A stretch of 64,000 bases of DNA from Myxococcota bacterium (GTDB lineage Bacteria; Myxococcota_A; UBA9042; PHBI01; JAWLBL01). The DNA is taken from contig JAWLBL010000004.1 in the NCBI GenBank assembly GCA_041687695.1, forward strand, positions 32,001-96,000, written 5' to 3'. Position 1 is the first letter of the stretch. Every line of letters begins with the position of its first letter. The notes under the pieces were generated by a model. It was not told where the DNA came from, made no database searches, and worked only from the letters and a program-made list of their open reading frames with translations. Positions 29,505-37,998 of the stretch are shown here, piece after piece. The translations under genes were made by a program, and so were the position numbers.

Positions 29505-32111
29505 TCAGCCGCAGTCCACGATGGTGCCGCAGGCGTCCTGGAGGACCTCGAGCGGCAGCCTGAAGCCGGCGTCGAAGAGAGCCCAGGAGCGCGTGAAGCC
29601 CGGCCACTGCACGAGGGTCTTCTCGACCTCGTTCCAGAGCGCCTCGGCGTACACCTTGATGTGCCCGGACAGCGTGCGGAGCTCGAGCCGCCCCGAGACG
29701 GAGGCGTCGAGCTCGTGGGTGCCCGTCGTCCCCGAGCGGCGCACGGTCACCCGGGCGTCGAGCGGGAGCGCCGCCTCGAGCAGCGTGAGGCGGCTCTTGA
29801 CGCCCACCTCGAGGACCAGGAAGTCGACGGCGGCCTCGGCGAAGCCTGCGATGCCCGCGAAGGGCTCGAACGCGCTGTCGAGCGTGAGCCTGACGGTCCC
29901 GCCCTGCGTCGTGCAGCGGCTGGCCTCGGCTTCGAGCGCGTAGCGCACCCCGACCTGGCCCGACAGGCCGCCGACGAGGCGCACCGGGACGCCGAGGATG
30001 GGGATGGTGGTGTTGAAGATCTCCTGGCGATGGGTCTCCGTCGGCTCGTCGGAGGCGCGGACGACGCTGAAGCTCGCCCCCTTGCTCCAGAGCTGCTTGT
30101 CGCCACCGGTGTAGACGTCGTCGCCGAACAGGCGGAAGCGCACCTTGGCCGAGCCGAGGCCGTCCATGTCGAGGTCGGCCGTCATCAACGGGTAGTCGTC
30201 GCCGAACGCGGTCACGTGCGCGTCGAACGAGGCCTCCGTCTCGATCTGCGTCTGGCAGATGTTGGCGGCGTAGCCCGACACGTTCCAGCGCGAGTCATAC
30301 CCGTACGACACGGCGAAGTAGTCGTTCCCTGCGCTCCGGGACTCTCCCGCGCTGCCGGCCGTCCGGAGGTCACCCGAGGCGCTGGTGCTCGCCGCGATGG
30401 CCTGCTTGATGTAGCTCTGCCACAGGCTCTTTCGCGTCGCCTCGCAGGCGATGAGCTGGTCGACCGTGACCGTGCTGACGCCGTAATCCCCGTCGGCGCA
30501 CCCGATGGGGCGCGACGTCGGCGGCCAGGCGAAGTGGACCTCTGCGAACGAGAACGACTCGCCCACCGGGAGGGTCGGCGTGATGCTCTCGACCATGGCG
30601 AGGCACTGGTCCCAGGCCTCCTCGCGCGACGCGATCATCTGCCCCATCACGGCCTCGGCGAACAGGCGCGGCGACCAGTCACACGGCCCCGGAGCCGTCC
30701 CGAGGCACCCCTCGGCGTCCGCCGTGAAGATGGCCTCCTCGACGGCGGCCACGGCGGCCTCGGCGTCGGCCTCGAGCTGCGCGCGCGCCGCCGGCTGGCA
30801 GTACCAGGCGCTGCAGGCCGACGGATAGCTGTAGCAGAAGGTGCTGGATGGGCAGAGGTCCGCCTTGTTGCGCAGCTCGACGAGGGGCTTGGCGACATCG
30901 ACGAGGCGCTCGAGCTCACGCTGCTGCTGATCGAAGTAGAGCAGGCGCTCGTCGAGCTCACCGGCCAGGAGCTCCGACATCTGCTTGTGCCAGGCCAGGT
31001 TCTTGGTCGTCCGGATGTCGAGGGCCGGCTGCAGGCGATCCCAACCATTCGGGCGATGCGTGACGCCTCCCCAGGGGGTCTCGACCAGCCGCGGCCTCTC
31101 CTCGAGCGCGTGCATCACGACGTCCGGAATCGCGAAGAACGCGTTCTTGGCCGTCCCGTACGTCGCCTGCTTCAGCTGCGGCGCCGCGGTCCCCCTCTTG
31201 GTGTAGAGCCCCGTGCCGTAGACCGTGCGGCTCGCCACCGAGTGCTTCAGGTACTTGCTGCCCCACGCGAGGTCGTAGATGGCCCGCCAGTCCTCGCCCA
31301 GGTTCCGCGCGCGGTACTCGAACTCGCTGTAATCGAAGTGCTTCTCGTAGCTGTACTCGGCGCAGTCCGCGACCCGGTAGAAGTTGCCGTACCACGGCTG
31401 GCGCGCCGCGGCGGACCCGACGATGGCCCAGAGCGACCCATCCCCGAGGGTCGACTCGGTCACGGCGCCGGCCGGCGTCTCGGTGAGGGCGTCGGCGGTC
31501 TCCCACGAGCCGTCGACCGGCGTGACCACCCCGCTGGCGTTCACCAGCGACGTCCGCAGCACCGGGCGCGTGCCGGACAGGTTCTGGAGCTGGGTCGCCC
31601 GGTCCTGCGCCATCGCCTCGAGGCCCACGTTGCACGTGTGCTGCGGGTCTCCGCTGGCCGCCGCGATGGCGGCCTCGCCGCAGGCCGAGTCGAGAAAGTC
31701 ACCGTCGGCGCACTCTCCGGCCGTGAGGCGCGCGCAGGCCCCGCACGACCCGGCGGCCCGCTGGGCGCACAGGCTGTCCCAGCGCGTGTTGCAGCAGAAC
31801 GGATCGGCCTGGCAGACACACGCCTGGACGGCCGCGTCGAGGCAGCCCGTGACGGTGGTCGCCTCCGAGCACGTGTACCCGCAGTAGCCGCCCGACCGCG
31901 CCGCGTTGGCGCAGATGCCGTCCCAGCGCGTGCTGCAGCAGTAGGCATCGGCCGCGCAGATCTCGGCCTCGGTGGTGGGGTTGGTGCAACCGGGCGCGTC
32001 GCCGGCGACGCAGCACGGACCCTCCACGGCCGCGAGTGCCGGCAGGGAGACCAGCGCCGACGCGATGAGCGCGAGCGCGGCCCAAGAGTGTCGTATCCCT
32101 CTTCCTCTCAT
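29505..32111 (-). CDS. Secreted protein with two CxxDxxCCxxRWDxxCA repeats and a beta-sheet C-terminal domain (868 aa)
   Basis: GGAGGAG RBS; signal peptide ..PALA; ICAADAYCCSTRWDGICA and VCQADPFCCNTRWDSLCA; C-terminal amphipathic strands including TTIPILGVPVRLVGGLSG. Confidence 0.8.
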   Translation of the reverse strand: MRGRGIRHSWAALALIASALVSLPALAAVEGPCCVAGDAPGCTNPTTEAEICAADAYCCSTRWDGICANAARSGGYCGYTCSEATTVTGCLDAAVQACVCQADPFCCNTRWDSLCAQRAAGSCGACARLTAGECADGDFLDSACGEAAIAAASGDPQHTCNVGLEAMAQDRATQLQNLSGTRPVLRTSLVNASGVVTPVDGSWETADALTETPAGAVTESTLGDGSLWAIVGSAAARQPWYGNFYRVADCAEYSYEKHFDYSEFEYRARNLGEDWRAIYDLAWGSKYLKHSVASRTVYGTGLYTKRGTAAPQLKQATYGTAKNAFFAIPDVVMHALEERPRLVETPWGGVTHRPNGWDRLQPALDIRTTKNLAWHKQMSELLAGELDERLLYFDQQQRELERLVDVAKPLVELRNKADLCPSSTFCYSYPSACSAWYCQPAARAQLEADAEAAVAAVEEAIFTADAEGCLGTAPGPCDWSPRLFAEAVMGQMIASREEAWDQCLAMVESITPTLPVGESFSFAEVHFAWPPTSRPIGCADGDYGVSTVTVDQLIACEATRKSLWQSYIKQAIAASTSASGDLRTAGSAGESRSAGNDYFAVSYGYDSRWNVSGYAANICQTQIETEASFDAHVTAFGDDYPLMTADLDMDGLGSAKVRFRLFGDDVYTGGDKQLWSKGASFSVVRASDEPTETHRQEIFNTTIPILGVPVRLVGGLSGQVGVRYALEAEASRCTTQGGTVRLTLDSAFEPFAGIAGFAEAAVDFLVLEVGVKSRLTLLEAALPLDARVTVRRSGTTGTHELDASVSGRLELRTLSGHIKVYAEALWNEVEKTLVQWPGFTRSWALFDAGFRLPLEVLQDACGTIVDCG

Positions 32112-32165
32112 GGCGTGTGACTCCTCCGTTGGTCGCCGGACGACGCGCCCGGTCCCTCCCGCTAG

Positions 32166-32181
32166 AGCAACCGCCGTGCCG
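32166..32181 (-). promoter_or_regulatory. Sigma-54 (-24/-12) promoter of the 32111-27574 operon
   Basis: Minus strand CGGCACGGCGGTTGCT, GGCACG..TTGCT with GG-N10-GC spacing. Confidence 0.75.
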
Positions 32182-32423
32182 ACCTCCAGGAGAGTCCCAA
32201 CCGCCTTGAATCACACGAAGGTGACCTCCCCACCCGCCCCGCCCCGCCGCGCGCGCGCAGCCCCCCCGCCGCGCGCACGCACCGCTCGTCCACGCCCGCC
32301 CGCCCCTCACCTCGCCAGCAGCCCTGAGCCCGCGCAGCGACACCCCGCGCTGGTCCAGCGCCCGCCCTGGCTCAGCCCGGGCGCTGTCTTCCCCCGCCCG
32401 TCGTCGCTGCCTACACTTGCGCC

Positions 32424-32990
32424 ATGACCTGGACCACCGAGCCGGCCTCCGAGCCGCAGCGCCCGCTGAAGCGCACCGAATACGACCAGCTGGTCGCCTC
32501 CGGGGCGTTCACGGACGAGCACGTCGAGCTGATCCACGGGAGGATCCTGCGCACGGGCCCGCAAGGCGACCGACACGCCTGGTGCATCCAGAGGCTGACC
32601 AGGCTGTTCAGGTCGCTCCCCGCCGAGGCCGACCTCCGCGTCCAGAGCCCGTTCGCGGCGTCCGACGACTCGGAGCCCGAGCCGGATCTCGCCGTCGTGG
32701 CGGCTCGAGACGACGACTACGCCCATCCATCGGCTGCCTCCTTGCTCATCGAGGTCTCCGACGACTCGCGTCGACGCGACCTCGGCCTGAAGGCCGACCT
32801 CTACGCCTCCGCCGACGTGCGGGAGTATTGGGTGGTCGACCTGAAGGCCCGCTGCGTCGTCGTCCACCGCGACGCCGATGGCTCCCGATGGACCCAGATC
32901 ACCACCGTCCGCCCCGGCGGCAGCGTGTCACCCGTCGCCTTCCCGGACCTCGTGCTCCCGCTCGACGCCTTCCTCCCCGCCGCGGCATGA
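32424..32990 (+). CDS. Uma2 family PD-(D/E)xK nuclease-fold protein
   Basis: VELIHG, SEPEPDLAVV, LLIEVSDDS..DLGLKADLYA..VREYWVVDL. Confidence 0.9.
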   Translation: MTWTTEPASEPQRPLKRTEYDQLVASGAFTDEHVELIHGRILRTGPQGDRHAWCIQRLTRLFRSLPAEADLRVQSPFAASDDSEPEPDLAVVAARDDDYAHPSAASLLIEVSDDSRRRDLGLKADLYASADVREYWVVDLKARCVVVHRDADGSRWTQITTVRPGGSVSPVAFPDLVLPLDAFLPAAA

Positions 32991-33035
32991 CCTGGAGTCG
33001 CGCCTCCCTGCGCAGGTCCATCGGGCCGGCCGGCG

Positions 33036-34361
33036 TCAGTCCGCGCCGGGGGGGCGGCGCTGCCAGCGGGTGATGAGCAGGGCCGGGACGAGGGTCGCCG
33101 CCGAGAGCCAGGCGAGGATGCGGAAGGCGCCGTCCCAGCCCAGCTCGGTGGCCAGGGCGGCCATGCCGACGCCGCCGAGGACGGCGCTGAAGAGGTAGCC
33201 GATGCCGTCGAGGAGGCCGGCGGCCGCGGCGGCGGCCTGGCGCCCGCCGAAGTCGATGGCGCCGGCGCCGGCGATGAGCGAGTAGGGCCCCATCAGGGTG
33301 AAGCCGACGACGCCGACCAGGACCAGGGCGGTGGTCGGGTCGGCGCCGAGCGGGCCGCCGAGCAGGAAGAGGGCGACGGTCAGCGCGGCCAGGAGCAGGA
33401 CCGAGATGGGGCCGCGGCGCCCCTTGGAGACGTAGTCGCTGTAGAAGCCGGCGAAGAGCGTGCCGGCGATGCCCGCGGCCGGGAAGAGCGAGCTCTTGGC
33501 GAGGGCCGCGCCGGCGTCGTCGCCCAGGCTGAGGAGGTAGCTGGTCGTCCAGGTGAGGAAGGCCAGGCGCAGGCCGGTCAGGCTGATGGAGAGGATGGCG
33601 AGCATCCAGAAGGGGCCGTTGGTCAGCAGGCGCTTGATGACGTCGCCGGTCAGGCCCGCCTCGCGCGGGGGGCCGGCCTCGGCGGCGTCGAGCGGGGGCT
33701 CTCCGACCGTCTCGGGCGCGCTCTTGAGCGTGAACCAGGCGACGCCCGCGAAGACCAGCGTGATGACCGCCGGGACGAAGAAGGCGCCGCGCCAGCCGAA
33801 GCCGGCGTCGACCACCAGGGCCGACAGGTTGCGCGCGACGATGTCGCCGGCCGAGAAGCTGAGGCTGAGCACCGCCATGACGCCACCGACCCGCCAGGTG
33901 GGGTACCACTGGGCGGTGACCTGCACCATGCCGACCCACCCGCCGGCCTGCAAAAAGCGGTTGGCCGACCAGATGACGATGAAGGCCGTCATGCCCCCGA
34001 ACAGGCCGAACAGGGCCGAGAAGAGGGCGGCCCCGAGCAGGCCGACCAGGAACAGGACGCGCCCGCCGACGATGTCGGCCAAAAAGCCGTGGGTGAACTT
34101 GCCGGCCGCGTAGAACCAGGTCGACACGGTGACGACGGAGCCCAGCGCCATGTCGCTCAGGCCCAGATCCCGGCCGATGAGCGGCATCACCGCGTCCAGG
34201 TTCGCGCGGCACAGGTAGTAGGCGACGTAGCCGACGAAGAGCGTCCAGAAGGTCGCGCGGCGCCAGCGCAAGAACCGGGGAGACCGGCGCTCGGCCTCGC
34301 GACGTGGCGGCGGCGGCGAGGGCGCCGCCGGGTTCACCTCGGAGACCGAGCGGGTCGTCAT
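33036..34361 (-). CDS. MFS transporter, organophosphate:Pi antiporter (GlpT/UhpC)-like
   Basis: About 12 TM segments; GYVAYYLCRANL, YAAGKFTHGFLAD, AGFYSD, AAGLLDGIGY, typical of the OPA family. Confidence 0.8.
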   Translation of the reverse strand: MTTRSVSEVNPAAPSPPPPRREAERRSPRFLRWRRATFWTLFVGYVAYYLCRANLDAVMPLIGRDLGLSDMALGSVVTVSTWFYAAGKFTHGFLADIVGGRVLFLVGLLGAALFSALFGLFGGMTAFIVIWSANRFLQAGGWVGMVQVTAQWYPTWRVGGVMAVLSLSFSAGDIVARNLSALVVDAGFGWRGAFFVPAVITLVFAGVAWFTLKSAPETVGEPPLDAAEAGPPREAGLTGDVIKRLLTNGPFWMLAILSISLTGLRLAFLTWTTSYLLSLGDDAGAALAKSSLFPAAGIAGTLFAGFYSDYVSKGRRGPISVLLLAALTVALFLLGGPLGADPTTALVLVGVVGFTLMGPYSLIAGAGAIDFGGRQAAAAAAGLLDGIGYLFSAVLGGVGMAALATELGWDGAFRILAWLSAATLVPALLITRWQRRPPGAD

Positions 34362-34368
34362 GCGGCGG

Positions 34369-37300
34369 CTACTCGCTGAGCGCCTGGATGGCCGAGGTCG
34401 CCCCCGGCGGGGCGGTGAGGCACTCGCCCTCGATCTTCACGGCGCACTCGTGGCCCTGTCCGTCCAGACGCGGCAGGCACGTCTGGCCCTTGGGGCACCG
34501 CGCGTTGGCGGGGATCGTGTCGTCGTCCGGGTCGCAGGCGCTGGGGCAGAAGGCCGGCAGCGGACCCGGGCGCGACCACACGCCGTCGCCGTCGACGTCG
34601 AGCAGGACGGCGTTGGTGGCGGCCATCGGGAAGATCGGGAAGAAGTCGGGGACGATGGGGGAGGGCGAGAAGAACAGGGCGAAGGCCTCGATGGCGCTGA
34701 AGGCGAGCGAGGCGACGCGCGGCAGCTGCAGCTCGCCGAAGGCGACCTCGAGGTAGACCGGGTCCATCAAGAGATCCTCGCGGGTGCCCAGCGCGATGAC
34801 GCTGACGAAGCCGTCCGCGTCGGGGGCCGGCACGGTCACCGTCTGGTCGAAGTCGACGATGACCTCGGGGCCGTGGTCGAGCTCGGCGACGTGTACCAGC
34901 TGCCCGGAGACGTAGACCTCGACGCGGTCGACGCCGAACCAGCTGGCGGTCTGGACCTTGACGTGGACGTCCATCGGCTCGCCGGCGGCGACCGAGGCGG
35001 TCTCGCCCGGGCCCTTGCCCGCGACGGTGACCTCGACGAAGGGCCCGAAGGTCGGCAGCGCCTGCCCGTCCACCAGCGCCCGCGCGACCTGCGTCGGCTC
35101 GATCTGCTGGGGCGTCGGCGCCTCGCTCTTCACGTAGGTCCGCGGCAGGCCCGGCTCGCGCTCGAAGCCGTGCGAGTCGCTGGCGGCCGTGATGGTGACG
35201 TTCAGACCGAGGTCCAGCCACTTCATCCAGTCGTCGTAGGTGCCCGGGTGGTGCACGCACGGCTTGTCGGCAATCTCCGCCGGGATGTCGCCGGTGTGCT
35301 GCGACGGGTCGCAGGCGCTCTCGTCGGCCGCCCCGCCCGCCTGGTGCTCCCAGTAGGCGGCGTGCTCCTCGGGCGTGCGGATGAGGATCTCGCGCGCCGT
35401 CAGGAACGCCAGCCGCCGCCGGTAGCGCTGCTTGCACTCGAAGAAGATCTCGCCCTCGGGGCAGGAGGCGAGCGGGTCGTCGCCGGTCAGCTCGGGGCAG
35501 GCGCTGTCGAGGGCCATGACGCTCTCGGCCGCGTCGAGGCGGTCGTTGCAGCGGTTGTAGAGGATGACCTCTCGGTTGGTGGCCTGGCGCACCAGATCGA
35601 AGCGCTTGGAGTTGAAGACCTCCATGGCGTCGAAGTCGCAGGTCGACCGGCTGAGCAGGACGTTGCCCGCCTCGAGGAAGTCCGGGGTGCGGGTGAGGTC
35701 GAACGGGTTGACGCCCAGCTGCGAGATGTAGCCGATGAAGCCGTCGCGCGGGTGCGCCATGATCTTCACGCCGTCGGCGTCGGCGCGGATGTGCTCGTCC
35801 AGCTCGTCCATGAGGGCCGGGCCGTCCTTGCAGGACCAGTCGGGCGCGCCGTTGTCCGGGATGAGGTTGCGGTCGTACGACAGGGGGAAGGCGATGAAGT
35901 GGCCGAGCTCGAGGGTCGACAGCTCGACGCCGATGGCCGTCTTGAGCCACTGCTCGGCGCGCAGATCGCGGACGGTCGGGGCGTAGTCGGTCACGACGTC
36001 GTGGTCGGTCGCGACCGCCAGCTCGAGGCCCTCGACGATGGCGTTGGTGACGCGCGTCGCGAGCTTGAGGCCCGAGTCGAAGCTGGGCTCGGCGTGCAGG
36101 TGGAAGTCGCCCGAGATCCAGCCCCCGGTGTCGACCTCGCGCCGCAGCACGGCCTCGACCGTCTGGACGCGGCCGCTGACCGCCTCGACGTCGATGCGCG
36201 CGACGCTGTACTCGGGCCCGCGGCTGACGACCAGCTGGTAGCGGCCGGGCTCGATCTCGACCTCGCCCTGGCCGTCGAGGGTCGTCTCGAGGTGGCGGAT
36301 GCCGTTGCCGAGGCGCCCCTCGCCCATGTACGGGCGGCGCAGGCCGTCGCGCGTCGCCAGCGTCCCGTCGGCCAGGACCGGCAGGAACGACAGCTTGGCG
36401 GGCAGCCGCGCCCCGCCCTGGTCGAGCACGACGAAACGCACCCGGGCCGGCGCCGGCAGCCGCGGCGCAAGGCGCGTCGTCTGGCCGACCTCGACGGTGA
36501 CGCGCTGCACGGGCGAGGTGACCGTCTGCGCGTCGTTGGTCGCGACGACGAGGTAGCTGCCCTTGGGCATGGTGGCCGAGAAGTCGCCGTCCTCGACCAT
36601 GTCCAGGCCCACGTCGGCGTCGATGACGTTGAGCAGCCCGACGTTGCCCGTCGCGCGCCGGTTGGCGTCGGCGATTTCAAAGGTGTCGGCGAAGTCGCGG
36701 GTCGGGTCGGGGTCACGGAAGACGAAGACGCGGCCGTTCTTCTCGGGGCTGCCGGCGGCGTTCGTCACGACGCCCGACAGGCGCCCGACCGGCGTGCCGC
36801 GGACCTCGAACATCACGTCGGCGATGGAGGCGATGTCGCCCTTGCCGACCACGAAGTAGCGCTCCCAGGACCACTGCCCCTGCTGGGTGCAGGGCGAGTC
36901 GTCGCCGTCCGAGGCGCTGCAGCTGGTGCCCGAGGTGACGAAGGCCGTGGCCGACGAGGTGATGATGGGGACCAGGACCTGCGGCTGGTTGGGGGCGTTG
37001 GCCCCGGCGCCCTGGCCCTGGGGCGGGCGGGGCGCCGCGGTGAAGTAGCCGTACGAGACGGCGCCGCCCGCGGCGGCCATGAAGTCGAAGGGCAGCGGGT
37101 AGGTGAAGGTGTCGCGGCCCTCGAACAGGGCGTCGAAGACGGCCTTGTCCTCGTCGAAGCCGATGCCGGGCGCGAAGATGTCGTTCTGCCCGCCGAAGAA
37201 GACGAAGTCGCCCGCGACCACGCCGGGGGCGAGGTCGGCGGCCGGATCGCCCAGCAGCTGCATGAAGATGGGCGTCGAGTCGGTGAAGTGGGGCAGCTCG

Positions 37301-37998
37301 GTGGGCGCCTCGGGGGCGCAGGCGCAGACCTGGCAGCCCTGGGTGTCCCAGGCGTAGCCGCCCGGGCAGGTGAGGTCGCAGTCCAGCGCCGGGCAGCTGC
37401 CGTCGTCGCCCGGGGCCGAGATGCGGCGCGCGACCGAGACCATGCGGACGTAGCGCTTGCCGGGCTCGAGGATGTAGTCCGTCTGCACCTCGAGGTGCAG
37501 CTTCACGTTCGGGAAGAGCAGCGAGAGCAGCGGGTCCTGCAGGATGGACAGCGCCTCGAGGAAGAACGAGCCGTCGGCGGTGACGCGCAGGACCGCGCGC
37601 TCGCCGTCGGAGCCGTCCTCGAGGATCTCGATGCGCGTCTCCTCGGGGCGCGGCACGAGCAGGTTCGCGAACGGGAACATCTCGGCGAACTGGTCGTGCC
37701 CGCGGCCGCCGCGAAAGCGCGCGTCGGGGCGGACGAGGTCGGCGTCGACCAGGGTGCCGCCGAAGACGCCCGGGCCCGGCGAGGACTGGTGGCCGAGGAT
37801 GCCGAGGCGGATCTGGTCGTTCTCGAGGATGAAGTCGCCGACGCGGGTCATGGCGACGTCGCCGCCGATGAGCTGCTCGGGGGCGGTGGCCTGGAAGGCG
37901 CGGAGCGGGGCCTTGCGGTCCTCGGTGCAGCCCTGCGAGGCGACGAGCGCGACGAGGGCGGCGGAGAGGGCCGCCCGGTGGGCGAGCGGCGTCCTCAT
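34369..37998 (-). CDS. Large lipoprotein PHP-domain metallohydrolase (CehA/McbA-like) with antistasin-like insert (1209 aa)
   Basis: Lipobox-like ASQG-C; PHP metal ligands GDFHLHA, ATDHD, GVELST..GHF, AHPR, ASDSH; ATG overlaps the porin stop. Confidence 0.82.
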   Translation of the reverse strand: MRTPLAHRAALSAALVALVASQGCTEDRKAPLRAFQATAPEQLIGGDVAMTRVGDFILENDQIRLGILGHQSSPGPGVFGGTLVDADLVRPDARFRGGRGHDQFAEMFPFANLLVPRPEETRIEILEDGSDGERAVLRVTADGSFFLEALSILQDPLLSLLFPNVKLHLEVQTDYILEPGKRYVRMVSVARRISAPGDDGSCPALDCDLTCPGGYAWDTQGCQVCACAPEAPTELPHFTDSTPIFMQLLGDPAADLAPGVVAGDFVFFGGQNDIFAPGIGFDEDKAVFDALFEGRDTFTYPLPFDFMAAAGGAVSYGYFTAAPRPPQGQGAGANAPNQPQVLVPIITSSATAFVTSGTSCSASDGDDSPCTQQGQWSWERYFVVGKGDIASIADVMFEVRGTPVGRLSGVVTNAAGSPEKNGRVFVFRDPDPTRDFADTFEIADANRRATGNVGLLNVIDADVGLDMVEDGDFSATMPKGSYLVVATNDAQTVTSPVQRVTVEVGQTTRLAPRLPAPARVRFVVLDQGGARLPAKLSFLPVLADGTLATRDGLRRPYMGEGRLGNGIRHLETTLDGQGEVEIEPGRYQLVVSRGPEYSVARIDVEAVSGRVQTVEAVLRREVDTGGWISGDFHLHAEPSFDSGLKLATRVTNAIVEGLELAVATDHDVVTDYAPTVRDLRAEQWLKTAIGVELSTLELGHFIAFPLSYDRNLIPDNGAPDWSCKDGPALMDELDEHIRADADGVKIMAHPRDGFIGYISQLGVNPFDLTRTPDFLEAGNVLLSRSTCDFDAMEVFNSKRFDLVRQATNREVILYNRCNDRLDAAESVMALDSACPELTGDDPLASCPEGEIFFECKQRYRRRLAFLTAREILIRTPEEHAAYWEHQAGGAADESACDPSQHTGDIPAEIADKPCVHHPGTYDDWMKWLDLGLNVTITAASDSHGFEREPGLPRTYVKSEAPTPQQIEPTQVARALVDGQALPTFGPFVEVTVAGKGPGETASVAAGEPMDVHVKVQTASWFGVDRVEVYVSGQLVHVAELDHGPEVIVDFDQTVTVPAPDADGFVSVIALGTREDLLMDPVYLEVAFGELQLPRVASLAFSAIEAFALFFSPSPIVPDFFPIFPMAATNAVLLDVDGDGVWSRPGPLPAFCPSACDPDDDTIPANARCPKGQTCLPRLDGQGHECAVKIEGECLTAPPGATSAIQALSE

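Noticed and set aside
32424..32990. Uma2 nuclease as part of a defence system or mobile element
   Set aside because: A solitary gene from a family common in such genomes, with no methylase, integrase, terminal repeats or defence neighbours.
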